This document shows positions 36,317 to 46,061 of a stretch of 64,000 bases of DNA, in pieces. The notes beneath the pieces were generated by a model, which was not told the DNA's origin, did no database searches, and was given only the letters and a program-made list of their open reading frames with translations. The position numbers and the translations under genes are program-made. Origin of the DNA: Gemmatimonadota bacterium (lineage in GTDB: Bacteria; Gemmatimonadota; Gemmatimonadetes; Gemmatimonadales; GWC2-71-9); contig QHUM01000043.1 in assembly GCA_003222135.1 (NCBI GenBank), forward strand, positions 18,379-82,378, read 5' to 3'. Numbering within the stretch: the stretch's first letter is position 1; the number at the start of each line of letters is the position of its first letter.

Positions 36317-37246
36317 GTGGTCACCGCCCAGGACGTCCGCGACGCGGCCGAGCGGCTGCGCGGGGTCGCGGTCCGGACGCCGCTCCGCTACGTGGAGCCG
36401 CTCGACGCCTACTTGAAGCTCGAGAATCTGCAGCCGATGGGGGCGTTCAAGATCCGGGGTGCGTACAATGCGATCAGCCGTCTGCCGCCAGCCGCCAGGC
36501 GCCAAGGCGTGATCACCTACTCGAGCGGCAATCACGGCCAGGCCGTCGCGTACGCGGCCCAGCTGCTGGGGATCCGGGCGGTCGTCGTCATGCCTGAAAC
36601 GGCGCCCGCCGTCAAGGTGGCGGGTGTGAAGAAGTGGGGCGGCGAGGTGGTGTTCGCCGGGCGCACATCGCAGGACCGTCAGGTGAAGGCCGAAGCGCTG
36701 GCCGCCGGAGCGGGGCTCGCCGTGGTGCCGCCGTTCGACCACACGGACATTATCGCGGGGCAGGCGACCGTAGGCCTCGAGATCGCCGCCGATCTCCCCG
36801 ACGTCCGCACGGTCGTCGTGCCGGTGGGCGGGGGCGGCCTGATCTCCGGGGTCGTGGTCGGGCTGGCAGCGGCCGGGAGCGCGGGGCGCGTGTGGGGCGT
36901 CGAGCCGGCCGGCGCGCCGAAGCTCGCCCGCTCGCTCGAGGCGGGCCGGCCGGTGCGACTCGAGCGCACGGCGAGTCTCGCCGATGGGCTGATCACCCTC
37001 AGCGTCGGGGATATCGCCTTCGCGCACCTCGCCCACCATCGGGACCGGCTCGCGGGGGTCGCCCTGGTCGAGGATGACGCGCTGCGCGAGGCGGTACATT
37101 TTCTGTGGCACCAATGCCGCGTCGCGGTCGAGCCGTCCGGCGCGGCGACGACCGCGGCGCTGCGGTCGGGCGCCGTCCGGCCGGCGCCGCCCACGGTCCT
37201 CGTGGTGAGCGGCGGCAACGTCGATCCCTCGCTTCTCGAGGACTGA
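36317..37246 (+). CDS. PLP-dependent threonine/serine ammonia-lyase (or racemase) family
   Basis: KLENLQPMGAFKIRG, SSGNHGQ, PVGGGGLISG, EPSGA, SGGN. No ACT domain. Confidence 0.88.
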   Translation: MVTAQDVRDAAERLRGVAVRTPLRYVEPLDAYLKLENLQPMGAFKIRGAYNAISRLPPAARRQGVITYSSGNHGQAVAYAAQLLGIRAVVVMPETAPAVKVAGVKKWGGEVVFAGRTSQDRQVKAEALAAGAGLAVVPPFDHTDIIAGQATVGLEIAADLPDVRTVVVPVGGGGLISGVVVGLAAAGSAGRVWGVEPAGAPKLARSLEAGRPVRLERTASLADGLITLSVGDIAFAHLAHHRDRLAGVALVEDDALREAVHFLWHQCRVAVEPSGAATTAALRSGAVRPAPPTVLVVSGGNVDPSLLED

Positions 37247-37250
37247 GCAG

Positions 37251-38690
37251 ATGCCCGACCTTGCCCCGGCCAAGATCCTCGTCGCCGACGACGACCAGTC
37301 GTTGGTCCGCACCCTGATGTGGATCCTCAAGGAGAACGGCTACGAGGTCGTCGTGGCGCCCGGCGGCGAGGGGCTCATGGGGATGCTCGAGGAAGAGCGG
37401 CCCCACCTGCTGCTGCTCGACATCATGATGCCCAAGGTGGACGGCCTCCAGCTCCTGGCCAAGATGAAGGCCGACGAGCGCTTCCGCGACCTTCCGGTCC
37501 TGATGATCTCGTCGATGCCGCCCGAGGAAGCGACCGTCAAGTCGCTCGGCCTCGGTGCCGCCGACTTCATCGCTAAGCCGTTCCGCGTGCGCGAGCTGCT
37601 CGCCCGGGTCAAGGCCCACATCCGCACCGCCCAGGAGCTGTCGCGCGCGCGCGATGAAGCGCAGAGTCGCGCCGCCATCGTCGACATCCTGCACGAGGTC
37701 ACGGACTCGCTCAAGCCGGACGAGATCTACCACATCCTGGTGCGGCGCGTCGCACGCGTGCTCCAGATCTCCAAGTGCTCCATGGTGCTGGCGAAGGCGG
37801 GGGAGCAGCTGGGGGTCGTGGTGGCCGCGTACGAGAATCCCATGCTGCGCAACCTGCAGATCGAGCTGGCCCGCTACCCCGAGATCCAGCGCGCGCTCGC
37901 GAGCGGCCGCGCGGTGCTGGTGGAGGACGTCGCCACCGACCCGGTGTACGCCGAGGAGCGCGCCCGCTGGGAGCGCGAGCGTATCACCGTCCCGACGCGT
38001 TCCGCCGTCGCGCTGCCCTTCTCCATGAAAGACCAGCAGGTCGGCGTGTTCTTTCTCCGCACCACGGGCGAAGACCCGCCGCTCACGCGTGCCGACGCTC
38101 AGTTCGCCGAGACCGTGATCCGCACGGCGGTGGCGGCGATCGAGAAGGCGTACGATTTCGAGACCGCGGTCTCCGACAAGAAGCGCCTCGAGAAGCTCGC
38201 CGCCACGGACGCGCTCACCGGCTGCTTGAACCGACGCGCGCTCTCCTCGGACCTCGAGCAGGAGCTGGACCGCGCCGGGCGGTACAACCTCGCGCTGACG
38301 ATCCTGCTCGCCGACATCGATCGCTTCAAGCTGGTGAACGACACCCGCGGGCACATCGCCGGAGACTCGGTGCTGCGGCAGATCGGGGAGATCCTGCGGC
38401 GCGAGGCCCGGTCCGTCGATCTGGTCGCGCGGTATGGCGGTGAGGAGTTCGTGGTGGTCATGCCGGAGACGGCGCTGCACGGCTCGGCGATCTTCGCGGA
38501 GCGGCTGCGGCGCCGCATCATGCATCACGACTTCGCCGATCCCGGCGAGGATCCGATCAACCTCACGGTCTCGATCGGGCTCGCTTCGTTCCCCGATGAT
38601 CGCGTCACCGGCGCGGACAGCTTCGTGGCACTGGCGGACCAGGCGCTCTATCGCGCGAAGAACGAGGGGCGCAACTTGGTGCGGCAATGA
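37251..38690 (+). CDS. Diguanylate cyclase, REC-GAF-GGDEF
   Basis: LLLDIMMPK receiver, GAF-like middle, TDALTG.LNRR, DIDRFK.VND..GH, RSVD I-site, RYGGEEF. Confidence 0.93.
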   Translation: MPDLAPAKILVADDDQSLVRTLMWILKENGYEVVVAPGGEGLMGMLEEERPHLLLLDIMMPKVDGLQLLAKMKADERFRDLPVLMISSMPPEEATVKSLGLGAADFIAKPFRVRELLARVKAHIRTAQELSRARDEAQSRAAIVDILHEVTDSLKPDEIYHILVRRVARVLQISKCSMVLAKAGEQLGVVVAAYENPMLRNLQIELARYPEIQRALASGRAVLVEDVATDPVYAEERARWERERITVPTRSAVALPFSMKDQQVGVFFLRTTGEDPPLTRADAQFAETVIRTAVAAIEKAYDFETAVSDKKRLEKLAATDALTGCLNRRALSSDLEQELDRAGRYNLALTILLADIDRFKLVNDTRGHIAGDSVLRQIGEILRREARSVDLVARYGGEEFVVVMPETALHGSAIFAERLRRRIMHHDFADPGEDPINLTVSIGLASFPDDRVTGADSFVALADQALYRAKNEGRNLVRQ

Positions 38691-39757
38691 GCGAGCGCCG
38701 CTGTCCCAAGTGCGGGTCGGTGTACCCCGAGACTGCGCGCTTCTGCCCGCGCGACGGGAACATGCTCGTGGAGGCGCAGACCAAGGCCGCCCCGGCGGCG
38801 TCCTCCTCGGGCGGCGGCACCGGCGTCCGCACGCCTCGCACGCCCCGCGACGCTCTGCGTCTGGACCGCGCCTCCAGCCTCTCGGGACAGATCCTCGACA
38901 CGCGCTATCAGGTCACGAAGAAGCTCGGCGAGGGCGGCATGTCGTACGTGTATCTCGCGCGCGAGGTCGCGAGCGGCGACGAGGTCGCCATCAAGGTGCT
39001 CTCGCCCAAGCTCGCGACCGACCGGAGCTCGGTGGAGCGGCTGCGCCGGGAGGCCGGCCTCGCCATGCGACTCGACCACGCCAACGTGTGCCGTATTCTG
39101 CGGCTCGGCGAGTCCGAGGACGGATTGATCTACCTGGTGATGCCGTTCTTGAACGGCGAGCTGCTGTCCGACCGCGAGGTGCGGGGCGGGCCGATGGAGC
39201 TCGGAACCGGCATCGACGTGCTGCGCCAGGTGTGCGCCGGGCTGCATCACGCCCACGAGCTCCAGATCGTGCACCGCGACCTGAAGCCCGAGAACATCAT
39301 GCTCGTCCCCGAAGACGGGGGCCGCGACCGCGCCGTCGTCATGGACTTCGGCCTCGCCAAGGAGCGCCGGGCCGATCCCGCGATCGCGAAGCTCACCGCG
39401 ACGGGCATCATCCTCGGCACCCCCGAGTTCATGAGCCCGGAGCAGATCCGCGGGCGCCCGCTCGACGCCCGCTCGGACATCTACGCCGTCGGCATCGTAG
39501 CCTTCGAGATGTTCACCGGCAGGCTGCCGTTCCAGGGACGCAACGCCCAGGAGATGATGATCGCGCGCCTGCGCGACCAGCCAATGCAGCTCCGCCAGCT
39601 CCGGCCCGATCTCCCGGCGAGCCTCGAGAAGGCGCTGGGCCGGGCGCTGCACGCCAGTCCCGACGCGCGCTACACGACCGCGCTCGACTTCGCCGACGCC
39701 CTCACCGCGACGCAAGACGGCGGCTTGTTCTCCAAGATCAGGGAGAAGCTGAAGTAG
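38687..39757 (+). CDS. Hanks-type Ser/Thr kinase with N-terminal zinc ribbon
   Basis: CPKCG..FCPRDG, LGEGGMS, VAIK, HRDLKPEN, DFG, GTPEFMSPE. No TM or sensor domain. Confidence 0.93.
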   Translation: MSERRCPKCGSVYPETARFCPRDGNMLVEAQTKAAPAASSSGGGTGVRTPRTPRDALRLDRASSLSGQILDTRYQVTKKLGEGGMSYVYLAREVASGDEVAIKVLSPKLATDRSSVERLRREAGLAMRLDHANVCRILRLGESEDGLIYLVMPFLNGELLSDREVRGGPMELGTGIDVLRQVCAGLHHAHELQIVHRDLKPENIMLVPEDGGRDRAVVMDFGLAKERRADPAIAKLTATGIILGTPEFMSPEQIRGRPLDARSDIYAVGIVAFEMFTGRLPFQGRNAQEMMIARLRDQPMQLRQLRPDLPASLEKALGRALHASPDARYTTALDFADALTATQDGGLFSKIREKLK

Positions 39758-40852
39758 TTGAAGCGCTTCCCGGCGTTCGATCCACCCGAGTACGTCGACT
39801 GGAAGGCCGACCCCGCGCTGGCGCGCCGCTTTCGGGAGACGCTCGAGCACACGCCCGAGCGCGCCGCGCTCGTCGCGCGCCTCTCGCCCGACGACAGGCT
39901 CGCCCTCTACGCCGGCTTGCTGCGCGCCCGGCTGCACGACATCCAGCTGAAGCGCTGGGTACGCACCGGGGTCACCTCCAAGGCCTGGCTGGGGACGGGC
40001 GAAGAGGCGACCACCGTCGGCCCGGTGCACGCGCTCGAGCGGGGCACGGACATCGTCGCCCCGATGATCCGCAACGCCGCCGCCTGCTGCGAGCTTGGCC
40101 TCTCCTTGGCCGACATGCTGCGGGCGTACCTCGGAAGCGACGACTCACCGTCGCGCGGTCGCGACCTGCACGTCGGCTCGTTCTCACATGGCGTGTTGCA
40201 GCCGATCTCCCACGTGGGCGACATGGTGCCGGTGATCAGCGGCATCGCGCTGACGTTCAAGATGAAGGGCGAGCGGCGGGTGGCGCTCACGTGGGTGGGG
40301 GACGGCTCGACCAAGACCGCCGCGGCGCACGAGGGGACGAACTTCGCCGCCGTGCAGCGGGTCCCCGCCATCTTTGTGATCCAGAACAATCAGGTCGCCC
40401 TCGGCACCCGGCTTGACCAGCACCATGTCCCCGAAAGCTTCCGGGACTGGCCGGCGAGCTACGGGATCTGGAGCGCCGAGTTCGACGGCAACAACGTGCT
40501 GGACGCGTGGGCCGCGACGCGGCTCGCCGCCGAGCGCTGCCGCGCGGGGCAGGGGCCCGCGATGCTCTTGGCCGAGACGTTCCGCATGGGCGGCCACGCG
40601 ACCCACGACGAGCGCGAGGCGCGCGAGACTCTCCCCGCCGAGCTGTTCCGCACCTGGGGGAAACGAGATCCGATCGGGCTGTACGAGGAATACCTGAAAG
40701 AGGAAGGCTGCACACCGCAGCAGCTGGCGGCCGTGGAAGCGGAGGTGACGGCCGCCGTCGAGCGAGCCGCGGAACAGGCGCTCGCCAGCCGCGAGCACAT
40801 GCCGCCGGGCGAGACGGCGCTCCTCGGGGTATATGCGAAGGACGGGCGGTAA
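39758..40852 (+). CDS. 2-oxoacid dehydrogenase E1 alpha-like (ThDP) subunit
   Basis: GDGSTK...NFAAV...IQNN ThDP motif, FRMGGHATHD, RDPI. TTG start. Confidence 0.88.
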   Translation: MKRFPAFDPPEYVDWKADPALARRFRETLEHTPERAALVARLSPDDRLALYAGLLRARLHDIQLKRWVRTGVTSKAWLGTGEEATTVGPVHALERGTDIVAPMIRNAAACCELGLSLADMLRAYLGSDDSPSRGRDLHVGSFSHGVLQPISHVGDMVPVISGIALTFKMKGERRVALTWVGDGSTKTAAAHEGTNFAAVQRVPAIFVIQNNQVALGTRLDQHHVPESFRDWPASYGIWSAEFDGNNVLDAWAATRLAAERCRAGQGPAMLLAETFRMGGHATHDEREARETLPAELFRTWGKRDPIGLYEEYLKEEGCTPQQLAAVEAEVTAAVERAAEQALASREHMPPGETALLGVYAKDGR

Positions 40853-40862
40853 GGAGGCCCCT

Positions 40863-41978
40863 ATGTTTCGACTCATCCTGGTCGGGTGTGTGGTGATCGG
40901 ATGCAACTCGCGGACCGCGCTCACGGGCGGCGGGGGGGGCGGGTTCGGGGGTGACTCGATCCCGATCGCCGGTCACATGCTGTACGTCCCCGTCGGATTC
41001 ACCGTCAACATCTTCGCGCAAGGCGTGAGCGGCGTGCGCTTCCTCGCCCTCGGTCCGAGCGGCGCCGTATACGCGACCCAGTCGGGGTCCGGGCGGATCG
41101 TCCGGTTGGTGGACGCCGACGGCGACGGCATCGCCGACTCGGTCGTTCCGGTCCTCACCAGCCTGAGCGATCCCTCGGGGATCGCGTTCCGCGGGGACAC
41201 GCTCTATTTCTCCACGGAGACGGCGGTCGAGCGGCTCGATCCCGGCGCCGTCGCTGCCGTGACTGTCGTCTCCGGTCTGCCCGCCGGCGGCCACAGCACG
41301 CGGACCTTCGCGTTCGGGCCCGACAATCTGCTGTACGTCGCCGTCGGATCTTCCTGCAACATCTGCAACGACACGCCACCCCGGGCGGCGGTGACGCGCT
41401 ACAACCTGGACGGGTCGGGTACCCACACCTTCGCCACGGGACTCCGCAACTCGGTAGGGCTGGCGTTCAACCCCGGCACGGGCGAGCTGTGGGCCAACAA
41501 CAACGATCGCGATTACCTGGGCGACGATTTGCCGCCGGAACACCTGAACATCTTGAAGGACGGCAAGTGGTACGGTTGGCCGCAGTGCTATCTCCCGAGC
41601 CAGCGGAATCCGGAACCGGAATACGCGAGTGCCGACTGCTCCGGCGTCGAGCCCCCGGCGCTGACCGTGCAGGCGCACTCGGCTCCGCTCGGCCTCGCGT
41701 TCTATACGGGGACGACGTTTCCGGCCGAGTTCCAAGGCGACGCGTTCATGACGTATCACGGCTCCTGGAACCGCAGCGTGCCGACGGGCGCGAAAGTCGT
41801 GCGCGTCCGCGTGCAGAGCGGGCGCCCAACCGCCGCCCAAGACTTCGTGACCGGCTGGCAGCTGGCCGACGGCTCGCGTTGGGGGCGCCCGGTCGGGCTC
41901 CTCGTCGCGGCAGACGGCGCCCTGTTGATCGCGGATGACACGGGTGATCGAATTTGGAGGGTGAGCTATGGGAAATAG
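40863..41978 (+). CDS. Glucose/sorbosone dehydrogenase family lipoprotein
   Basis: Lipobox VIGC, GGHSTR, GSSCNIC, GLRNSVG, YGWPQC, HSAPLG, HGSWNRS, GRPVG. Confidence 0.88.
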   Translation: MFRLILVGCVVIGCNSRTALTGGGGGGFGGDSIPIAGHMLYVPVGFTVNIFAQGVSGVRFLALGPSGAVYATQSGSGRIVRLVDADGDGIADSVVPVLTSLSDPSGIAFRGDTLYFSTETAVERLDPGAVAAVTVVSGLPAGGHSTRTFAFGPDNLLYVAVGSSCNICNDTPPRAAVTRYNLDGSGTHTFATGLRNSVGLAFNPGTGELWANNNDRDYLGDDLPPEHLNILKDGKWYGWPQCYLPSQRNPEPEYASADCSGVEPPALTVQAHSAPLGLAFYTGTTFPAEFQGDAFMTYHGSWNRSVPTGAKVVRVRVQSGRPTAAQDFVTGWQLADGSRWGRPVGLLVAADGALLIADDTGDRIWRVSYGK

Positions 41979-42792
41979 AACGGTCAAGGACGGTCGAAGA
42001 CGGTCGACGGCCGTCGGGGTTGGTGGCGCGGTGGGACTGCTGACGGTGGGAGCTGTGTCGGCCGGGCTCGTCCTCGACCGTCCCCGAGCGTCCTCGACCG
42101 CCTTCGACCGCCCCGACATCCACGCTGAGTACGTGAAGTACCTCTCCGGCAAGGACACCATCACCGGGTACCTCGCCTATCCCGAGCGCAAGGACCCCGC
42201 ACCGGGGGTGGTGGTGATTCACGAGATCTTCGGGATGTCGGACTTCATCCGCCAGACGACGGAGCAGCTCGCGAGGGACGGGTTCCTTGCGGTCGCTCCT
42301 GACCTGTTGTCTCGCCGCGGCGGCACGCCCGCCTCGACCGATGACGCGCGGAAGCTGATCGCCGGGCTCAGCCCCGACACGGTGACGCTGGACCTGGACG
42401 CGACGGTCGCGTACCTGCGGACTCTGAAAGCGGCGCGGCGTGACCGGATCGGCGTGATCGGCTTCTGCTGGGGCGGCGGCCAGAGCTTCCGCTACGCGAC
42501 CAACAACCCGGCGCTCGGGGCATTCGTGGTGTGCTACGGACCCGGGCCCGAGGCTGCGGCGATCGCGCGCATCCGCGCGCGGGGTCTCGGCGTCTACGCG
42601 GAGAACGACGCGCGGATCGACGCGGGACTGGCGGACGTGGCGGCCGCGGTGAAGCACTATGCCCAGGACTACCACTACACGGTCTATCCCGGCGTGGGAC
42701 ACGGATTCCTGCGCTCGCGCGAGAAGCCCGAGGTGGCGGACTCCGCGTGGAGAGCGGTGATCCGGTTTTTGAGGGAAAGTCTAGAGCAGTGA
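41968..42792 (+). CDS. Dienelactone hydrolase family protein
   Basis: VIHEIFG, GFCWGG (Cys nucleophile), ENDARI, HGF. Confidence 0.9.
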   Translation: MGNRTVKDGRRRSTAVGVGGAVGLLTVGAVSAGLVLDRPRASSTAFDRPDIHAEYVKYLSGKDTITGYLAYPERKDPAPGVVVIHEIFGMSDFIRQTTEQLARDGFLAVAPDLLSRRGGTPASTDDARKLIAGLSPDTVTLDLDATVAYLRTLKAARRDRIGVIGFCWGGGQSFRYATNNPALGAFVVCYGPGPEAAAIARIRARGLGVYAENDARIDAGLADVAAAVKHYAQDYHYTVYPGVGHGFLRSREKPEVADSAWRAVIRFLRESLEQ

Positions 42793-42812
42793 GCGAGGCT
42801 GATGCCGCCTCG

Positions 42813-44108
42813 CTACCGCTTCTTCCCACTCACGTACTCCCGCGCGCGCTCGAGCACCGCGTCCGTTCCGGCCTGCACGTCGGCGACGGTCGGTGAGACC
42901 GTAAGCTCCGGCTGGATCCCCTTCCCCGCGAACTCCTCCCCGTTGGGGAACGCATGGCGTGTCACCGAGAGCTGCATCGCCCAGTTCTTGGGGAGCGTGA
43001 TCGTGAGCGCGTCGCCCGGACTGCCGGCCGACGGCTCCCCGATGATCACGCCGCGCGTGGCGTTCCGGAACGCCACCAGAAAGTCCTCGGCCGCCCCGGC
43101 CGTCGCGCTCGATGCCAGCACCGCGATCGGTCCCGTGTAGCCGGGGCGGTCGCCCGCGGGCGAAACGGTATCGGGGGGCGGGCCGTACCACGAGAAGGCG
43201 GAGTCGGGCGCTCGCAGCACCCGGAACACGGGGCGGTATTGCGGCGTTCTCCAGCGCGCCACGGGGAACGCGTGCCCCGTGAGGCGCGCCAGAATCCCGT
43301 AGCCGTAGCGGCTTTCGCCACCCGCGGCGTGGCGCAGATCGACGATCAGTCCCGTTACTCCTGCGAAATCCGGGAAGGCGCGGTCGAAGCGACGCACCAC
43401 GTCCTCCTCGGCGAGCGCGTTGACCCGGGCCACGACCACGCCCCCGGAAAGGGAATCGATCTCAATGTCGGGGCGCTCGAGCGGCCAGCGATCGTTGAGC
43501 GAGACGCTGCGCGTCACGCTGATGCCGCGCTGGGCGCCGCCGGGAAGCCGCAGCAGCAGGTTTACGGTCGTCCCCTTCTCCCCCTGGAGCATCCATTGAA
43601 CGGCGCGCTGCCAACGGTCCGCCGGCGTGGCAGCCGAGGTCTCCGGGAGCACCGAGTCCCGGATCCAGGTCTCGGCCGGGACGCCCTGGACGGCGAGGAT
43701 CTCCGCAAGCCGCTCGGGCCGCGCCACCCGCATCTCGTCGTTCTCGGCGTACTCGCGGATGAGCGGTCGCTGCTCTACGCTCTCGAGCAGCAACGGCGCA
43801 CGCGCGATGCGCGACCGCAGGTTGGCGGGGGGGACCACGGCGGCCTGGCCGTCGCCCAGCAAGGCCACCAGGCGTCGCAACCGGCGGTAGAACAGAACGT
43901 CCGACTGGGGCTGCGCCGCGAGCCGCAGGTTCGCGCTGAGGGCGGAATCCCAATCGGCCCGCACGCGATCCCAGAAGGCAAAATTGTAACGCGCCTCGGC
44001 CCAGATCGTTGCGACGACCTCGGCGCGCTCCGTGGCCACGAGCTGTTGACCGGCGAGAGCGGCGGCCGGGACGGCGAGGCCCAGAGCGAGGAGGGCGACT
44101 GAGCGCAT
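42813..44108 (-). CDS. S41 peptidase-like secreted protein with degenerate catalytic motif
   Basis: Signal peptide, YNFAFW, LIVDLRHAAGG, GPIAVLASSATAGAAEDF, IGEPSAGS, GIQP. ATG at 44108. Confidence 0.8.
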   Translation of the reverse strand: MRSVALLALGLAVPAAALAGQQLVATERAEVVATIWAEARYNFAFWDRVRADWDSALSANLRLAAQPQSDVLFYRRLRRLVALLGDGQAAVVPPANLRSRIARAPLLLESVEQRPLIREYAENDEMRVARPERLAEILAVQGVPAETWIRDSVLPETSAATPADRWQRAVQWMLQGEKGTTVNLLLRLPGGAQRGISVTRSVSLNDRWPLERPDIEIDSLSGGVVVARVNALAEEDVVRRFDRAFPDFAGVTGLIVDLRHAAGGESRYGYGILARLTGHAFPVARWRTPQYRPVFRVLRAPDSAFSWYGPPPDTVSPAGDRPGYTGPIAVLASSATAGAAEDFLVAFRNATRGVIIGEPSAGSPGDALTITLPKNWAMQLSVTRHAFPNGEEFAGKGIQPELTVSPTVADVQAGTDAVLERAREYVSGKKR

Positions 44109-45342
44109 GATCACGCGCCTAATCTATCTGCTCCTGTTCGTGTCGCCGCAGGTGCTGCTCTATCTGTACCTGCGCGAGCGGCTGCCGGACCCCTCACGGC
44201 CCGCGCGGGCGCGGCTGCTGCGCGTCGGCCTCGCGACGACGTTCGCCATCTTCAACCTCCCCTGGGTCCTGGTCGCCGACCGGGCGCTGTCCGGGAGCAT
44301 GTGGGGCGTGGGACGGATCCCGTACCTGGGACCCTGGATCGCCTGGCAGCTGCTCGGGTGGATCTTCGGGGTGCTGGTGGCGGTGTACGTGATCGTGAAG
44401 CTGGTCGTTCGGGGGAGCAGGGAGCTGGGAGCGGCACTGCTCCGCGCGCGACGGCCCGCAGAGCACCGGGACGAACCGCTCCCCGCTCCCGGCTCTCTAC
44501 TCTCCCGCCGCCGCTTTCTCGCCCGCGCCACGTACTCCTACGCCGCCGCGGGCGCCGCGCTGTCGACCTACGGCATCTGGAGCGCGTACCGTCTCCCTCA
44601 GCTCACGCGTCGCACCCTGACCTTCCCGAACCTGCCGCTCGGGCTCGACGGCCTCACCCTGCTCCACCTCTCCGATCTGCACGCGGGCATCCACCTGGGC
44701 GCCGACCGGATGCAGGAAATCGTGCGGCAGGTGAACGCGCTCGCGCCGGATCTGATCGTGCAAACGGGCGACATGATCGACATTTCCCGCGCCTACATCC
44801 CGGCGTACGTGCACGCGTTCCGCGAGCTACGCGCGCCACTCGGCGTCGTGACCGTGCTCGGAAACCACGACCGTTACACCGGCGAGCGCGAGGTGATCCG
44901 CGGCTGCCGGGATGCGGGACAGGTGTTTCTCCAGAACGACTGCCACCTGATCGAGCGTGGCGGCGCCACGCTGGCGCTGCTCGGCATCGACGACCCGCAC
45001 AACTGGACGGCGGACGACCCCCAAGCCGACGACGTCGCGGCCACGCTGCGGTCGGCGCCTGCACCGGCGTTCAAGATCCTGCTCGGGCACCGACCAGGCG
45101 CGTGGGATACGGCCGCACCGCTGGGCATCCCGCTGACGCTCGCCGGGCACATTCACGGGGGGCAGTTCTACCTGCCCGGGATCCGCTGGTCTCCCGGGCG
45201 ACTGATCACGAAGTACGTGATGGGGCATTTCCAGCGCGGGGACAGCCAACTGTACGTGAGTCGCGGGATCGGCGTGGTCGGCGTGCCGATTCGCGTCTTC
45301 ACGCCGCCGGAGATCGAGCTGTTCACGCTGCGGCGTGCCTGA
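44107..45342 (+). CDS. Membrane-bound metallophosphoesterase (YkuE/YaeI-like)
   Basis: N-terminal TMs, SDLHAG, TGDMID, LGNHD, LGHRP, AGHIHGGQ, YVSRGIG. Confidence 0.9.
   Translation: MITRLIYLLLFVSPQVLLYLYLRERLPDPSRPARARLLRVGLATTFAIFNLPWVLVADRALSGSMWGVGRIPYLGPWIAWQLLGWIFGVLVAVYVIVKLVVRGSRELGAALLRARRPAEHRDEPLPAPGSLLSRRRFLARATYSYAAAGAALSTYGIWSAYRLPQLTRRTLTFPNLPLGLDGLTLLHLSDLHAGIHLGADRMQEIVRQVNALAPDLIVQTGDMIDISRAYIPAYVHAFRELRAPLGVVTVLGNHDRYTGEREVIRGCRDAGQVFLQNDCHLIERGGATLALLGIDDPHNWTADDPQADDVAATLRSAPAPAFKILLGHRPGAWDTAAPLGIPLTLAGHIHGGQFYLPGIRWSPGRLITKYVMGHFQRGDSQLYVSRGIGVVGVPIRVFTPPEIELFTLRRA
44413..44507. repeat. In-frame inverted heptamer arrays, (GGGAGCN)x3 ... (GCTCCCN)x3-4
   Basis: Arms at 44413-44433 and 44478-44507 with a 44-bp spacer, inside the TM-to-catalytic linker. 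Confidence 0.7.
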
Positions 45343-45378
45343 GGCCGTCGGGGCCCCAGCAGGCGAACCCCTGCGGCC

Positions 45379-45957
45379 TCACTGCCGTGCCGCCGCGATT
45401 GCGTCCCAGGCCGCCTCCAGCGCTAGCGCGACGCCGGCGTGGTTCTCCGGCCACTCCTTGCCCGACACGCGGTCGATCACCAGCGACATCACGCTAAGCC
45501 ACACGGCGGCCCACACTTCGACTGCCCCCGGCTTCACCGAGCCGTCGGCCTTCCCCTGCGCCATGAGGCTCTCGAGGCCGAGGCGGAAGTCGCGCGCGAC
45601 CCTGCGACTCTCGTCGTCCAGCAGGTCCGCGTGGCGCTGCAGGAAGAACAGCTGCGCCACGGCCGGCTCCCGCGCCGCGCCGGCGACCAGCCCCCGGCCC
45701 AGTTCCGCCAGCTTCTCGCGCGGCCCCACCTTGAGCGCGTCCGCTTCCTTCACCTGCCGCCCGGCCCAGCGTCCCGCCGCGCGGTACAGCTCGTTCAGCA
45801 GGTGCTGCTTCGAGTCGAAGTGTCGATAGATCGTGCCTTCGGCGATCCCGGCCTTCTTGGCGATGAGCGGCGTCGTCGTGAGATGGTAGCCCGCGGTGGT
45901 GAACAGCTCGAGCGCGGCGCGGATGAGGCGCTGGCGGGTGAGATCGGCCTGAGTCAT
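45379..45957 (-). CDS. TetR/AcrR family regulator
   Basis: LIRAALELF..GY..TT..IAKKAGIAEGTIYRHF. ATG at 45957. Confidence 0.92.
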   Translation of the reverse strand: MTQADLTRQRLIRAALELFTTAGYHLTTTPLIAKKAGIAEGTIYRHFDSKQHLLNELYRAAGRWAGRQVKEADALKVGPREKLAELGRGLVAGAAREPAVAQLFFLQRHADLLDDESRRVARDFRLGLESLMAQGKADGSVKPGAVEVWAAVWLSVMSLVIDRVSGKEWPENHAGVALALEAAWDAIAAARQ

Positions 45958-46061
45958 CGCGCGCGAATCTAACCTGACAAGCGGGGTTCCGTCGCCCATG
46001 TGCCCCCTTTAGCTTTCCGCCGCTCGTCGACTCCTCACCGAAGTCCGGAGGCAATCGCGCC

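Noticed and set aside
40932-40939. G8 tract (also C8 at 48809-48816) as a phase-variation site
   Set aside because: Frames are intact, the tracts encode Gly runs, and such runs are expected at this GC content.
45341-45380. Hairpin between the convergent phosphoesterase and TetR genes
   Set aside because: Probably an ordinary terminator. The stem is irregular and there is no U-tract, so it is not called as a feature.
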